Shown here: piece by piece, positions 8,507 to 17,590 of the stretch
Numbering within the stretch: position 1 is the first letter of the stretch
How the letters are laid out: each line of letters opens with the position of its first letter
Assembly (NCBI GenBank): GCA_965203135.1
Contig: CBDBBO010000001.1
Coordinates: forward strand, 1,678,071-1,742,070
Direction: 5' to 3'
Length of the DNA stretch: 64,000 nucleotides
Source: Dehalococcoidia bacterium
GTDB lineage: Bacteria > Chloroflexota > Dehalococcoidia > Lucifugimonadales > CATOSD01
Program-made: the position numbers and the translations under genes
The notes under the pieces: model-generated
Database searches by the model: none
What the model saw: the letters and a program-made list of their open reading frames with translations, nothing else
Told to the model about the DNA's origin: nothing

Positions 8507-10177
8507 CTATTGGCCGGTGTAGAGCTCGGTGTCGGGGTGGAAGGCGTACCAGCCGAACCAGTAGGCCTCGTGGGAGGGGACGCGCGGCAGTACGGTCTCC
8601 GGCTCCAGCGGGCGGAACAGCCCGTGCTCGGCTATGTGCCACACGTTGCCGGCGGAGTCGCGCAGTTCCTGGGGCGGCGGACCGTTGGGGTCGCTCACCA
8701 CGTAGCCGTCCGGCACGGTGAACACCTCGTCGCCGCGCTCGTAGGCAGCCGCGCCGAGCGTGGTGGCCGAACCCGATACGAGGACGACGTTTACGCCGCC
8801 GACCTGGTCGTTGACCACGCGCTCGGTCTGCAGCGCATCCAGGGAGTAGGCCTTGCTGACGTCGCCCACACGGACGATGATGACGTAGGCCTTGGTGTCC
8901 AGCCTGTCGTCGCGCTGCCAGATGGGGAACATCGTGAGGGGGGAGGTCCGGTATTCGAAGTAGAACGACTGCGGGTTGTTCTCAGACTGGTACACCTCTG
9001 GCGGATAGATGCCGGTGTTGCGTGTGATAACCGTGGTGTCCGGGTGCTCCTCGCGCCACTCCTGCCAGGTTGTGAGGTTGACGGGGAAGAAATCGAGCTT
9101 GATGCCGCTGTCGGCCAGCTCGCCGATTACCGGCTCACCCAGAAGCTGGCTCCAGATGCTGCGCGTGGTCCTGTCGTACATCAGCTTGTTGCTACGGTAC
9201 AGCAGGCCGGAGGTGCCGAAGGTTGTCGGCTCCCCATCTATCTTCGCGGAATACACGATTCCGGCGCCGCAGAGCGTTCACCACGCCAGGGCGATGGGTT
9301 CGCCTCCCAGCACGTCGTTCACCATCTCGTGCGGGTTGGTGATGCGCAGCGGGTAGGCGCGGTGCTCGCCGTTTATGGACACACCGAAAACCCTGTCGCG
9401 CGCCAGTAGGTAGGGGGCCTCGTCCGCGGGGACCGCTTCGGGATCGCGCAGGTCGGGTATGCCGTCTATGGCGACGCCGCCCCAGGTGACCTCTGTGAGG
9501 TCTATCCGAGAGGTCTCCCCGGAGTCGGCGAGCAGCTCGATGTAGCCCTCGTCTATGAAGGACAGCAGGTTGGCCTTCCAGGCGGCGTAGCCCTCGGGCG
9601 GGCGGTAGCTTTCGCGGTTCGGGCCGTACCACTCCATCCACTTGTCCCACTCCTGCCGATCGAAGTCCTGACCGGTGAGCGAGCGGAGGGTCGACGCGGC
9701 AAGCTCCTGTTTTTCTTCGTCGAAGAAGAAGCGGAGCGACTCGATGAGGACCGGGACCTGGGAGACGTCTCGCTCGCGCAGGATGTCGGCCAGGGCCTGT
9801 TCGGTTTCGGGCTTTTCGAATCCAACCTTCGGAAACACCCTGTACATGGTGGCGGTCGGGTCGTAGTTCGGGTCGGGGGATGCCGGGGGCGCGGGGGTGA
9901 GCGCCGCGCTCGGGGCCGGCGGGGTGGTGGACGCAGCGGGGGCGATGGCGGCGGTGGGTGCGGGCTGCGCCGTGGGCGCCGTCGATCCGCCAAGCGCAGG
10001 CGGGGTTGTGGGCGCGGCTGGCGCGACCGCAGAAGTTGGCGGCGGCGGCGATGCCACAGGCACAGCCGGGATCGTGGGTTGCGGAGGCGCGGCGGTATCG
10101 CCTCCGCAGCCATAGGCCGCCACCGCGATCGCGGCGGCGGCCAGCACGAGGAGCAGACGTATCGGGCGAGGCGTCAA
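8507..10177 (-). CDS. DUF3179-family lipoprotein interrupted by a single in-frame TGA (9278-9280) at the first Cys of its CxxC motif. This is either a selenocysteine candidate or a nonsense pseudogene.
   Basis: Track ORFs 9278..10177 and 8507..9256 are in the same frame. The read-through peptide is '...GGEPIALAW-[TGA]-TLCGAGIVYSAKIDGEPTTFGTSGLLYRSNKLMYDRTTRSIW...'. From memory, DUF3179 proteins carry 'YCPLC...FGVSGLL...MYDRxT'. The N-terminus is a lipoprotein signal ('LAAAAIAVAAYGC') followed by a Pro/Ala/Thr linker. TTG start lies 6 nt after the upstream gene's stop. Confidence 0.7.
9245..9266 (-). promoter_or_regulatory. Candidate bacterial SECIS-like hairpin downstream of the in-frame UGA
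   Basis: The mRNA reads 5'-CGCCGGAAU CGUGU AUUCCGCG-3' and starts 12 nt after the UGA. There is a 6-bp stem (CCGGAA-U / A-UUCCG region) extendable by 2 bp across a bulged C. The 5-nt apical loop contains GU. The fold was done by eye only. Confidence 0.4.
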
Positions 10178-10183
10178 CCGCGC

Positions 10184-11317
10184 CTACTTGAGAAGCTCTT
10201 GGTGGAGCCTCTCGATGACGATGCCGAGCTCTTCCTCACTGAGGTTGAAAGGATCGATCACCAGCGAGTCGGGGTCGCCGACGTTGTGCAGGTAGATGGC
10301 GGGGTCGCCCTCGGTAAGCGAGTTCCAGATATCGTCGCGGCTGCGGCCGTTCCACTCGTCGGTGAGCTGCATCACCGCGTGAGGGATGAGGTAGTTGTAG
10401 GGGTCGTGCTCCACCGAAGCCTGGAGGCCGGGCACCTCGATGAATGCGTCGACCGCCTGCTGGCACATCTGGGTGTAGCGCTCGTTCTCTGCGTCCTCGT
10501 CCTCTTCGACGAAAATCTGCAGGGCGCTGACAAGCCCGATAATCTCTTCCTTGGCCACTTTCATGCCGCGTCCGAAGAACTGGTGCGGGCTGCCGTTGGC
10601 GAAGGCCGCCTCGATGAGGTCGGCGCGTCCGGCGAGGATGCCGGTGCCCTGCGGACCGCGCACGGCCTTGCCGCCGCTGTAGACCACCATGTCGGCGCCC
10701 TCGGCGGTGAACCGGCGCAGGTTGCTGCGGGGCGGGATGAACGAGGCGGCGTCCACGATGACGGGCACGCCTCGGGCGTGGGCAATCTCGCAGACCTGTG
10801 GGAACGGGATGGACCGGCGGGTGACGAACGGGGAGAAGAGGTAGGCCACCGCGGCGGTATTCTCGGTGAACGCGGCCTCGAGCTGCCAGGGCTGGCAGCG
10901 GCGGCCGTCGCCGATCTCCACGAACTTGGCGCCTACGGACAGGTAGCACTGGTCGTAGGGGAATCGGTGGCTCTTGTGGATGATTATCTCGTTCTTCATG
11001 CCGTCGGTGTTGGGCAGTCGGGCCATCTTGGCCGGATCGGAACCCGCGACGACCGCTGCCGCCTGAAGCACGAGGCCGCCGGCGGCGCCGCTGCAGACGA
11101 AGCCGGCCTCAGCGCCGGTGATGTCGGCGAGCACCTGGCCCGCGGCCCTGTTGAGCTCGTCCATGTTGACCATGGCGTTGGACGCGCGGTTCATGGCGTC
11201 CATCACCTCGGGCCGCAGCTTGCTGCCGCCGTAGGCGGTGGTCGAGCCGGAAGCCGAGATTATCGAGTTCACCCCGATGCTGCGATAGAAGTCTGGAGAC
11301 TCGCCGCTCCAAGTCAT
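10184..11317 (-). CDS. SelA-like (COG1921-type) PLP-dependent enzyme, short form (377 aa)
   Basis: 'VVYSGGKAVRGPQGTGILAG' resembles the SelA PLP-lysine motif (SGDKLLGGPQAG). A short SelA-like/DgaE-like architecture is plausible. Its stop lies 6 nt upstream of the DUF3179 gene start. Confidence 0.75.
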   Translation of the reverse strand: MTWSGESPDFYRSIGVNSIISASGSTTAYGGSKLRPEVMDAMNRASNAMVNMDELNRAAGQVLADITGAEAGFVCSGAAGGLVLQAAAVVAGSDPAKMARLPNTDGMKNEIIIHKSHRFPYDQCYLSVGAKFVEIGDGRRCQPWQLEAAFTENTAAVAYLFSPFVTRRSIPFPQVCEIAHARGVPVIVDAASFIPPRSNLRRFTAEGADMVVYSGGKAVRGPQGTGILAGRADLIEAAFANGSPHQFFGRGMKVAKEEIIGLVSALQIFVEEDEDAENERYTQMCQQAVDAFIEVPGLQASVEHDPYNYLIPHAVMQLTDEWNGRSRDDIWNSLTEGDPAIYLHNVGDPDSLVIDPFNLSEEELGIVIERLHQELLK

Positions 11318-11390
11318 ATGATGACCCCCTGATTGTGTTTGCTGATTTTACTTGGGCAGGCCGGCTGCTCTTGCGGCACCCCCATCCTAA

Positions 11391-11413
11391 CCTTCCCCCA
11401 TCAAGGGGGAAGG
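11391..11413. terminator. Palindromic hairpin (ccttccccc-atcaa-gggggaagg), member of a dispersed hairpin family; likely terminator of the dienelactone hydrolase gene
   Basis: A perfect 9-bp stem lies 11 nt beyond the stop at 11424-11426. Related hairpins occur at 21426, 47838 and 59350. Confidence 0.55.
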
Positions 11414-11423
11414 GACAAGGGAG

Positions 11424-12185
11424 CTAGCCGCTGAGGTGGCGGCCCAGGAAGTCCCAGATCTTGTTCCAGCCGTCCACGGCTTGATCTATACGGTATGCGC
11501 CGCGGTCGTGGTAGAAGAAGCCGTGGCCCGCGCCCTCGTACATGTGGAACTCGTAGTCCTTGCCGTGGTCCTTGAGGGCCTGCTCGTGCTGGTCGACCTG
11601 GGCCGGAGTGGGGCTCATGTCGTCGGCGCCGAACAGTCCCAGCAGGGGGCAGGAGAGGTCCGCGGTGTAGTCGATTGGCGCTACGGGCTGGGCGGGAGAG
11701 AGCTGCTCCTGCGACATGACCACGTTGCCGCCCCAGCACTCGATTGCGGCGTCGAACGTGGTGGTGCGGCATGCGGCCAGGAACACGTGGCGTCCGCCGG
11801 AGCAGGTGCCGAACACGCCCACCTTGCCGTTGCTGTAGGGCAGGGAGCGGATGTAGTCGGCGGCGGCGGCGACGTCGCCCACGACCTGGTCGTCCGGCGC
11901 GCCACCCTCGGCGCGCACCTTGGCCGCGACATCGTCGGGAGTGCCGTGGCCGGAGCGGTGGTAGAGGTCCGGGGAGATGGCGAGGTAGCCGTGGTGGGCG
12001 TAGCGGCGGGCGAACTCGCGGTATAGCTCGTCCCAGCCCGGCAGGTGGTGGATGAGCACCACAGCGGGGAACGGGCCGGCGCCGAGCGGCCTGGCGAAGT
12101 AGGTGTTGATGGCGTCGCCGCCGTGTCCGTTGATGGAGATGGTCTCAGCGATCATCCCTTCGTACATGTCGGTGGTGTAGGTCAC
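11424..12185 (-). CDS. Dienelactone hydrolase family protein
   Basis: 'GPFPAVVLIHHLPGWDELYREFARRYAHHGYLAISPDLY', 'VGVFGTCSGG' (nucleophile elbow with Cys) and 'YEGAGHGFF' are typical DLH motifs. Confidence 0.9.
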   Translation of the reverse strand: MTYTTDMYEGMIAETISINGHGGDAINTYFARPLGAGPFPAVVLIHHLPGWDELYREFARRYAHHGYLAISPDLYHRSGHGTPDDVAAKVRAEGGAPDDQVVGDVAAAADYIRSLPYSNGKVGVFGTCSGGRHVFLAACRTTTFDAAIECWGGNVVMSQEQLSPAQPVAPIDYTADLSCPLLGLFGADDMSPTPAQVDQHEQALKDHGKDYEFHMYEGAGHGFFYHDRGAYRIDQAVDGWNKIWDFLGRHLSG

Positions 12186-12289
12186 GTTTGCCTCCTGGAT
12201 TCGATGTGAGCTCAGGCGCGTTCGCGCCCGTGTTGAGCTAGTGGCGAGTGTAGCAATTTTGGCGTGTGAGCGTCAAATTGAGGGGGTAC

Positions 12290-12726
12290 GAAAAAATCTG
12301 CTCGATTCTGCTACATTCCGCTCATTCCGTAGCTGGGCGGCCCGATGTTTCTGTCACTTTCTGTGAGCCAGGTTGTTAAGGTTCGTCACGCGCATTGCGC
12401 AGGATGTGGCAGAACGCGACCCGTTCGACAAGCTCAAGGCAGGCTCCGGCCCTATTCCGCGACTGGCGGTGATGGAGTCTATGGGATGGATAGTAGCACG
12501 TGCGTGCTATAGAATCAAGAGGGTGGTTCAGGGCTGCGGGAGGGGGTCGGTCACTCGCGTGGGCGACGGTAGTACGAATGTGCATATATTGCAATCAATA
12601 AGGTTGGCGAAAATGCGGTTTTGGGGCGGATTTGTGGGGAGAAATGGCACACGAATGGGAACCGGTGGGACGTGGATGAGAATGGGTGTGGCGTTTGGGT
12701 TACGCGGTTGGGGTGCGATGGGACAG
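12290..12726 (-). repeat. Left copy of a roughly 450-500 bp imperfect inverted repeat (partner at 31031-31530), carrying a promoter-like TTGATT-N17-TACTAT on the minus strand
   Basis: The reverse complement aligns collinearly with 31031-31530. Shared perfect blocks include 'cgcgtaacccaaacgccacac' (21 nt), 'caccctcttgattctatag' (19 nt), 'gtcgcgttctgc' and 'ccgcccagctacgg'. The alignment was done by eye. Confidence 0.65.
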
Positions 12727-12971
12727 CGGTCTTGAGCCTTCAGATGTGAAGGCACACTTGTTTTGGGGCGAGGAGTCAGTATGTGATAGCCCTGCCCGTG
12801 TTAGGCCCTATTGGTGCTATGTTGCTACAGTTTGGAATATGTTAATCTGGTGGCCGCAAAGTGGTCATGTATGCACTTCCAGTCTAATTCATAACTGTAG
12901 TGCTGACATAGGAAAGCAAAGTTATGAATAGGGTACCTGTGGATAGAGAAGAGGTGTGGTAAGGGGCGCCA

Positions 12972-13997
12972 ATGGATCAAGAACGGGCGAAAAGGACCGT
13001 CGGCTGCTTGTTCAGTGGGATGGGAGGATTCGCCTCTGGGCTTGCAAAGTCGGGCTTTGAGATCAGTTGGGCTACCGACAACGACAAGTACGCCTGCGCG
13101 ACATTCCGACACCGATTCCCAGACGTAAACTTGGTCGAGAAAGATGTTCGCAGTCTGTCTGTGTTTGGCGACAGCCTAACTGCGGTTGATGTGCTGACCG
13201 CCGGATTCCCCTGCCAAAGTTTCTCTCAAGCAGGTACGCGACGAGGCCTAGATGACCCACGTGGCAGACTATTTTATGAGATACCGCGTCTCCTGTCAGA
13301 GTACGAACCGGAAGCGCGGCCTCCTCTGGTAATCTTGGAGAATGTGCCGCACCTACTTTATGGAGCAGGAAAGGCTTGGTTCGATAGCGTCCGCCGTGCA
13401 ATTCGGCGTGCGGGGTATTGGTTCAGGGAGCAGTCGTGCTGGACGGTAAACGTGAAAGACGCAACAAGTCTTCCCCAAGACCGAGAACGACTGTTTTTGG
13501 TCGCCGCATCGCGCGCACACTTCAGCTTCAACCCCTTCACTCCTCCCTCTTTGGCCGACACTGGAAACGGGCATCTAAGGGCCCTCAGCGAATTTGTTGA
13601 CCGCACCAAGCCAGGGGCCCCAGAGGCATACTTGCCCAAGGACAACCGCTATTACAAGATGATCGACCGAGAGATGGCATCTGGGGAGTCAGTTTCAAAT
13701 ATATTCCAGTTGAGGCGGTCATACGTCCGTGAAAAGAAAAATGGGTTGTGTCCAACGCTTACTGCCAACATGGGCATTGGAGGACACAATGTGCCATTTG
13801 TGCGAGACTCTTGGGGAATTCGCCGGCTCAGCGTAGAAGAGGTGGCTCGACTACAAGGATTCGACGAGACGGAGTCGCTCTTCCCTGACATGCCGGCGGC
13901 AGAGAAGTATCGACTCTTAGGTAACGCGGTGTGTGTCCACCTAGCTCGTCTAGTGGGGCAGGCCTGCGCAGATATTCTTGACGGGCAAACAGCATGA
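12972..13997 (+). CDS. dcm: DNA (cytosine-5)-methyltransferase
   Basis: Canonical C5-MTase motifs are present. These are I 'FSGMGGF', IV 'GFPCQSFS', VI 'ILENVPHLL', VIII 'QDRERLFLV', IX 'RRLSVEEVARLQGF' and X 'GNAVCV'. Confidence 0.93.
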   Translation: MDQERAKRTVGCLFSGMGGFASGLAKSGFEISWATDNDKYACATFRHRFPDVNLVEKDVRSLSVFGDSLTAVDVLTAGFPCQSFSQAGTRRGLDDPRGRLFYEIPRLLSEYEPEARPPLVILENVPHLLYGAGKAWFDSVRRAIRRAGYWFREQSCWTVNVKDATSLPQDRERLFLVAASRAHFSFNPFTPPSLADTGNGHLRALSEFVDRTKPGAPEAYLPKDNRYYKMIDREMASGESVSNIFQLRRSYVREKKNGLCPTLTANMGIGGHNVPFVRDSWGIRRLSVEEVARLQGFDETESLFPDMPAAEKYRLLGNAVCVHLARLVGQACADILDGQTA

Positions 13998-15949
13998 CTT
14001 CAGACAATTCCGGCATCGGCTGGAACTTTCCACCCACCAATGGAGGGCGCGTCGACGGCTTTAACGATCCCGGTATCGCGCACTTTAGCGGTTCTCCGTA
14101 CTCTAGCCTCGCTCGAGAGACAATACAGAACTCGCTAGATGCGAGAGATAGATATGATCAGCCCGTGCATGTGTCTTTTGAAATGGTCGAGTTGCCGCCG
14201 GCCGACATGGGGCGAGCCGAACTTTCCCTCGCTATAGACGCTAGTCGCGGAGAGGTAGAGCCTGATGACCCTGCGCAACCTGAGCTAATCCGTGCTCAAG
14301 AAGTGCTCGCAAGGGAGAGGGTTCCGTTCTTACGTGTATCGGACCGGAATACGACCGGATTACGAGATAAGCAATGGCGGACTCTGGTCAAAATGCAGGG
14401 CGCGAGCTTTAAGGCAGACCTTGAAGGTGCGGGAGGCTCCTTTGGCATAGGCAAATACGCACCATTTGCCGTATCGACACTCCGCACAGTGTTCTATTGG
14501 ACTTGTTTTAGGGAGAACGGCAGGAATGTCGAACGGTTCCAGGGCAAGTGCGTTCTTATGTCGCACCATCAAGCAGGTACAGAAGTTCAGGGTACCGGGT
14601 TCTTCGGTCTGAGGGACGGCTGTGTCGAAATGACGACCTCCATTCCCGAGTGCTTCCGGCTGACTACGCAAGATTCGCTTCCTATACACGGCACGAGTCT
14701 CGCCATCGCTGGCTTCATGGAAGCCCAGGATTGGCGCAGACGGGTTGCCTCAAGTGTAATCGAGAACTTCTTCTATGCTATTGACCGGGGTCAACTTACG
14801 GTACTCATTGAGCCTGGTGACAAAGACGGAGACTTGTTTGAAATTGATGACGCTACCCTAGGTGATTGCTTCGCGACACTGCTGGACGACAACTCAGACT
14901 CCGAGGAAGACCAGGCTGAAGGGGGAACATCACTTAGTCAGGCTAGAGCGTTCTGGGAGATTTCAGACGCCGATGTGGTCCCAATCGAGAAACAGGACCA
15001 AGACCTCGGACACTGCCGGCTATGGATTCGTGTTCAAGATGGCCTCCCGAGCAGAGTAGGGTTTGTAAGGCGGACAGGCATGCTTGTCACGACGCAACAA
15101 CGCAACTTGATTCGCTTCCCAGGGTTTCGGGACTTCGCGGCTCTGTGCGTCTTTGAGGACCCTGCCGGCAACGAACTCTTGCGACGAATGGAGAACCCAA
15201 GACATGATCAATTCGAGCCGGACCGACTGCCGGAAGCAGATAGACAGCGAGGCAGACGGGCTCTGAAACGAATTACAGATTGGATACGGAGTGAAGTGCG
15301 AAAGTTAGCAGGTCCGCCTGAGGGTGGCAGATCCACAGTGCTGTCGGAGCTAGCTGTCTACCTGCCAGACTTGCAGCCTGATGAACCGTTTGAAGATGCT
15401 GGCAGCGAGAACGGAGGCACGGGGGAACCGGGTTTTGGGGAACGTGTCACCCTTGCACTTAAGCCCGTTCGTCGACCTACTCCGCCTACTTTACCCGCTA
15501 GCGAAGAATCGAACGAGGACGGAGACAGCCCCGGGGACGACGTAGGCAATGCTGGCGGGGGAGGTACTGGTGAAGGGGAAGGTGGAGGGGGCACAGACGG
15601 TACTGGTGAAGGGGAAGGTGAAGGCGGTACAGGGAGCCGTGGCGGCCGTCGAGCCAGAGTGAGAGGGATTCCCATATCTGGAGTCCGCATTTTGTCGATA
15701 CCTGGCCAAGAGAACTGCTACCAATTGAGCTTTCGCTCCAGCACCGGCGGTGAGGCGAGTCTTGAATTAGAAGAAGCCGGAGACTCGACTACTATCCGGC
15801 GCGACGACATCCGGCCTGTTGCTGAAGGTGTCTCCCTTGGGTGTGTACCACTGTTGGAAGGTCAGAGAACAACGATAGACATCACCGCCGACAGACCTAT
15901 CGGAGAAAGGGCGTGGCGTCTACGCGCCGTAGCCAACGACGGCGACTAA
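13994..15949 (+). CDS. GHKL-superfamily ATPase-like protein (paraMORC/MutL-like head) with a large uncharacterised C-terminal region and a Gly/Glu-rich linker
   Basis: ATGA overlap with dcm. N-box 'RETIQNSLDA', G1-like 'VSDRNTTGL' and G2 box 'GGSFGIGKYAPF' are present. The remaining roughly 450 aa are unassignable by eye. Confidence 0.7.
   Translation: MTSDNSGIGWNFPPTNGGRVDGFNDPGIAHFSGSPYSSLARETIQNSLDARDRYDQPVHVSFEMVELPPADMGRAELSLAIDASRGEVEPDDPAQPELIRAQEVLARERVPFLRVSDRNTTGLRDKQWRTLVKMQGASFKADLEGAGGSFGIGKYAPFAVSTLRTVFYWTCFRENGRNVERFQGKCVLMSHHQAGTEVQGTGFFGLRDGCVEMTTSIPECFRLTTQDSLPIHGTSLAIAGFMEAQDWRRRVASSVIENFFYAIDRGQLTVLIEPGDKDGDLFEIDDATLGDCFATLLDDNSDSEEDQAEGGTSLSQARAFWEISDADVVPIEKQDQDLGHCRLWIRVQDGLPSRVGFVRRTGMLVTTQQRNLIRFPGFRDFAALCVFEDPAGNELLRRMENPRHDQFEPDRLPEADRQRGRRALKRITDWIRSEVRKLAGPPEGGRSTVLSELAVYLPDLQPDEPFEDAGSENGGTGEPGFGERVTLALKPVRRPTPPTLPASEESNEDGDSPGDDVGNAGGGGTGEGEGGGGTDGTGEGEGEGGTGSRGGRRARVRGIPISGVRILSIPGQENCYQLSFRSSTGGEASLELEEAGDSTTIRRDDIRPVAEGVSLGCVPLLEGQRTTIDITADRPIGERAWRLRAVANDGD
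15563..15620 (+). repeat. In-frame 22-nt perfect repeat at a 36-nt period encoding the G/E-rich linker
   Basis: 'ggtactggtgaaggggaaggtg' occurs at 15563-15584 and 15599-15620. The peptide is 'GTGEGEGGGGTDGTGEGEGEGGTG'. Confidence 0.85.
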
Positions 15950-15951
15950 CC

Positions 15952-16809
15952 ATGAGGTTTGATCCAGGAAAGGCTTGGCCCCATCCCGTGCTCCGTCCGC
16001 CAACTTATGGAGACGATTATCCGCGTGCGGAGTTTGAGGTTGAAATAGAAGTTGAGCGTATCCAAGGCAGCACATCCGTAGACGTCACAGCAGAGTTTGA
16101 GCTCAGCGACCAAGACCTGCTCGGTCTCGTTGTGGATGGAGCGGCTCAGTATGTCTTGCTAATCAAGGCGTCAAGAACCCACTTCCGAGAGATGATCTCT
16201 GCGGAAGAACCGCTCATTGAGAGGATCTTTTCGGGAGGGGACTTGTCTGGTCGTGTGGAGTTCGCGCCCTTTCTGATATGCACAAAGGATCTGACCGACT
16301 TTCGTGCTGAAGGGTGGCACTCAGATTTCACAGGGCGGACATTTAACATATCCGCTGGCTCAGTGCTGGCAGAGGATGTGCCGAAGGACTATTGGGTCGA
16401 CACGGCTGATGAGGCGCCCCTCGGTTCGATCTTTGGGCACAAGTTCCGGCCGGACGTGCCCAACGGGCGCTGGGAACTTGAGCTGGCGGAAGAGCGGGTC
16501 TGGATCGTGATGTCCAAATCGGATTCGGAGTTGTACGCGGAGGCGCGAGAGCGGGCTAGACGTAGTCCTGAAGGTCAGAATTTGATGAATGGCCTGTACT
16601 TGCCTGCTCTGATTGCAGTACTGAACGAAGTGGACAGGAACATCGGAGACTACAGTGACTACCGATGGTTCGCGTCGCTTGACCATCGCCTACAGACGGT
16701 TGATTGCAAGGAGTTGGGGGTCTCGGACGCCAATCGTGTGGTCGATGCTCAAAGAGTCCTCGACATGCCCTTCACCAAGATGCCCATGATTGCAGAAGCA
16801 GGGACTTAG
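15952..16809 (+). CDS. Hypothetical protein (285 aa), no recognisable family
   Basis: The ATG at 15952 lies 2 nt after the upstream stop and has normal amino-acid composition. The track ORF start at 15841 overlaps the upstream gene and was rejected. I could not find a clean PD-(D/E)xK, HNH or P-loop motif. Confidence 0.7.
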   Translation: MRFDPGKAWPHPVLRPPTYGDDYPRAEFEVEIEVERIQGSTSVDVTAEFELSDQDLLGLVVDGAAQYVLLIKASRTHFREMISAEEPLIERIFSGGDLSGRVEFAPFLICTKDLTDFRAEGWHSDFTGRTFNISAGSVLAEDVPKDYWVDTADEAPLGSIFGHKFRPDVPNGRWELELAEERVWIVMSKSDSELYAEARERARRSPEGQNLMNGLYLPALIAVLNEVDRNIGDYSDYRWFASLDHRLQTVDCKELGVSDANRVVDAQRVLDMPFTKMPMIAEAGT

Positions 16810-16814
16810 GACGT

Positions 16815-17576
16815 ATGCCCAACCTGAGGTATTACACGTCTGCGGTCGTTGAGGACCTTCGAACAAGAGTCGCGGAGCACCTTGACTGGTACTATGCACC
16901 AGAGGGCAGTCCTTTTTCTGTTGCGCCTGTAGGAGGCGTAAGGGAATCGAGCATAACAGCCCCTAAGCTCGCTGGGCTCTTGGCTGTGAACGAAGAGCGC
17001 CCATTTGCCACTGACGTCGAAAACGCACTCGCAGTGTATGAGGCTCTATCCGCATTGACGCCGCACCAAGCCTCAATAGAGCGGATGTGGGTGTATCTGT
17101 GCCACCACGATTGCCCTCAGTACGTCGCCGCGCGTTGGCTGAACCGACGGCCAGAGTCGGATGAGGACGCAGTTCGCGAGGTTCGGAATCACTTTTTTGC
17201 GGTCGGCAATCGAGCGCTCATACGGGATAATGCGGTCTCAAGGCTTTGGTGGCTCGGAAAAATCGCCTATGACGTTGATCCTAACGCCCCGCGTGAGTTT
17301 CTGACGATTCTCCTCCACCGGCAGGATGTGCGTTCTGCTTTAATTGAGCGTCCGTCAGTGTCGACGAATCGGCGAGTGTTGCGCGGAATATATGAGGTAA
17401 TGGCGGAGTACTGGTCAGACGGCGGAGCACTGTTCACTCGGGAGATTTTTCGGTCGTGGATGATCGCTTTGAACCGTCGCGGCGGAGTAATTCTCTTAGA
17501 CGCACTCCCCGAAGACGCGTTGAGACAGCTATTGCGTGAAGAGGCGCGTGTGGCTATAGAAGAGTATTCGGCTTAG
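16815..17576 (+). CDS. Hypothetical protein (253 aa), no recognisable family
   Basis: The ATG at 16815 lies 5 nt after the upstream stop. The protein is helical-looking ('ERMWVYLCHHDCPQYVAARWLNRR', 'AVSRLWWLGKIAY'). No catalytic motif was recognised. Confidence 0.7.
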   Translation: MPNLRYYTSAVVEDLRTRVAEHLDWYYAPEGSPFSVAPVGGVRESSITAPKLAGLLAVNEERPFATDVENALAVYEALSALTPHQASIERMWVYLCHHDCPQYVAARWLNRRPESDEDAVREVRNHFFAVGNRALIRDNAVSRLWWLGKIAYDVDPNAPREFLTILLHRQDVRSALIERPSVSTNRRVLRGIYEVMAEYWSDGGALFTREIFRSWMIALNRRGGVILLDALPEDALRQLLREEARVAIEEYSA

Positions 17577-17590
17577 ATTAGTAGGCTGCA

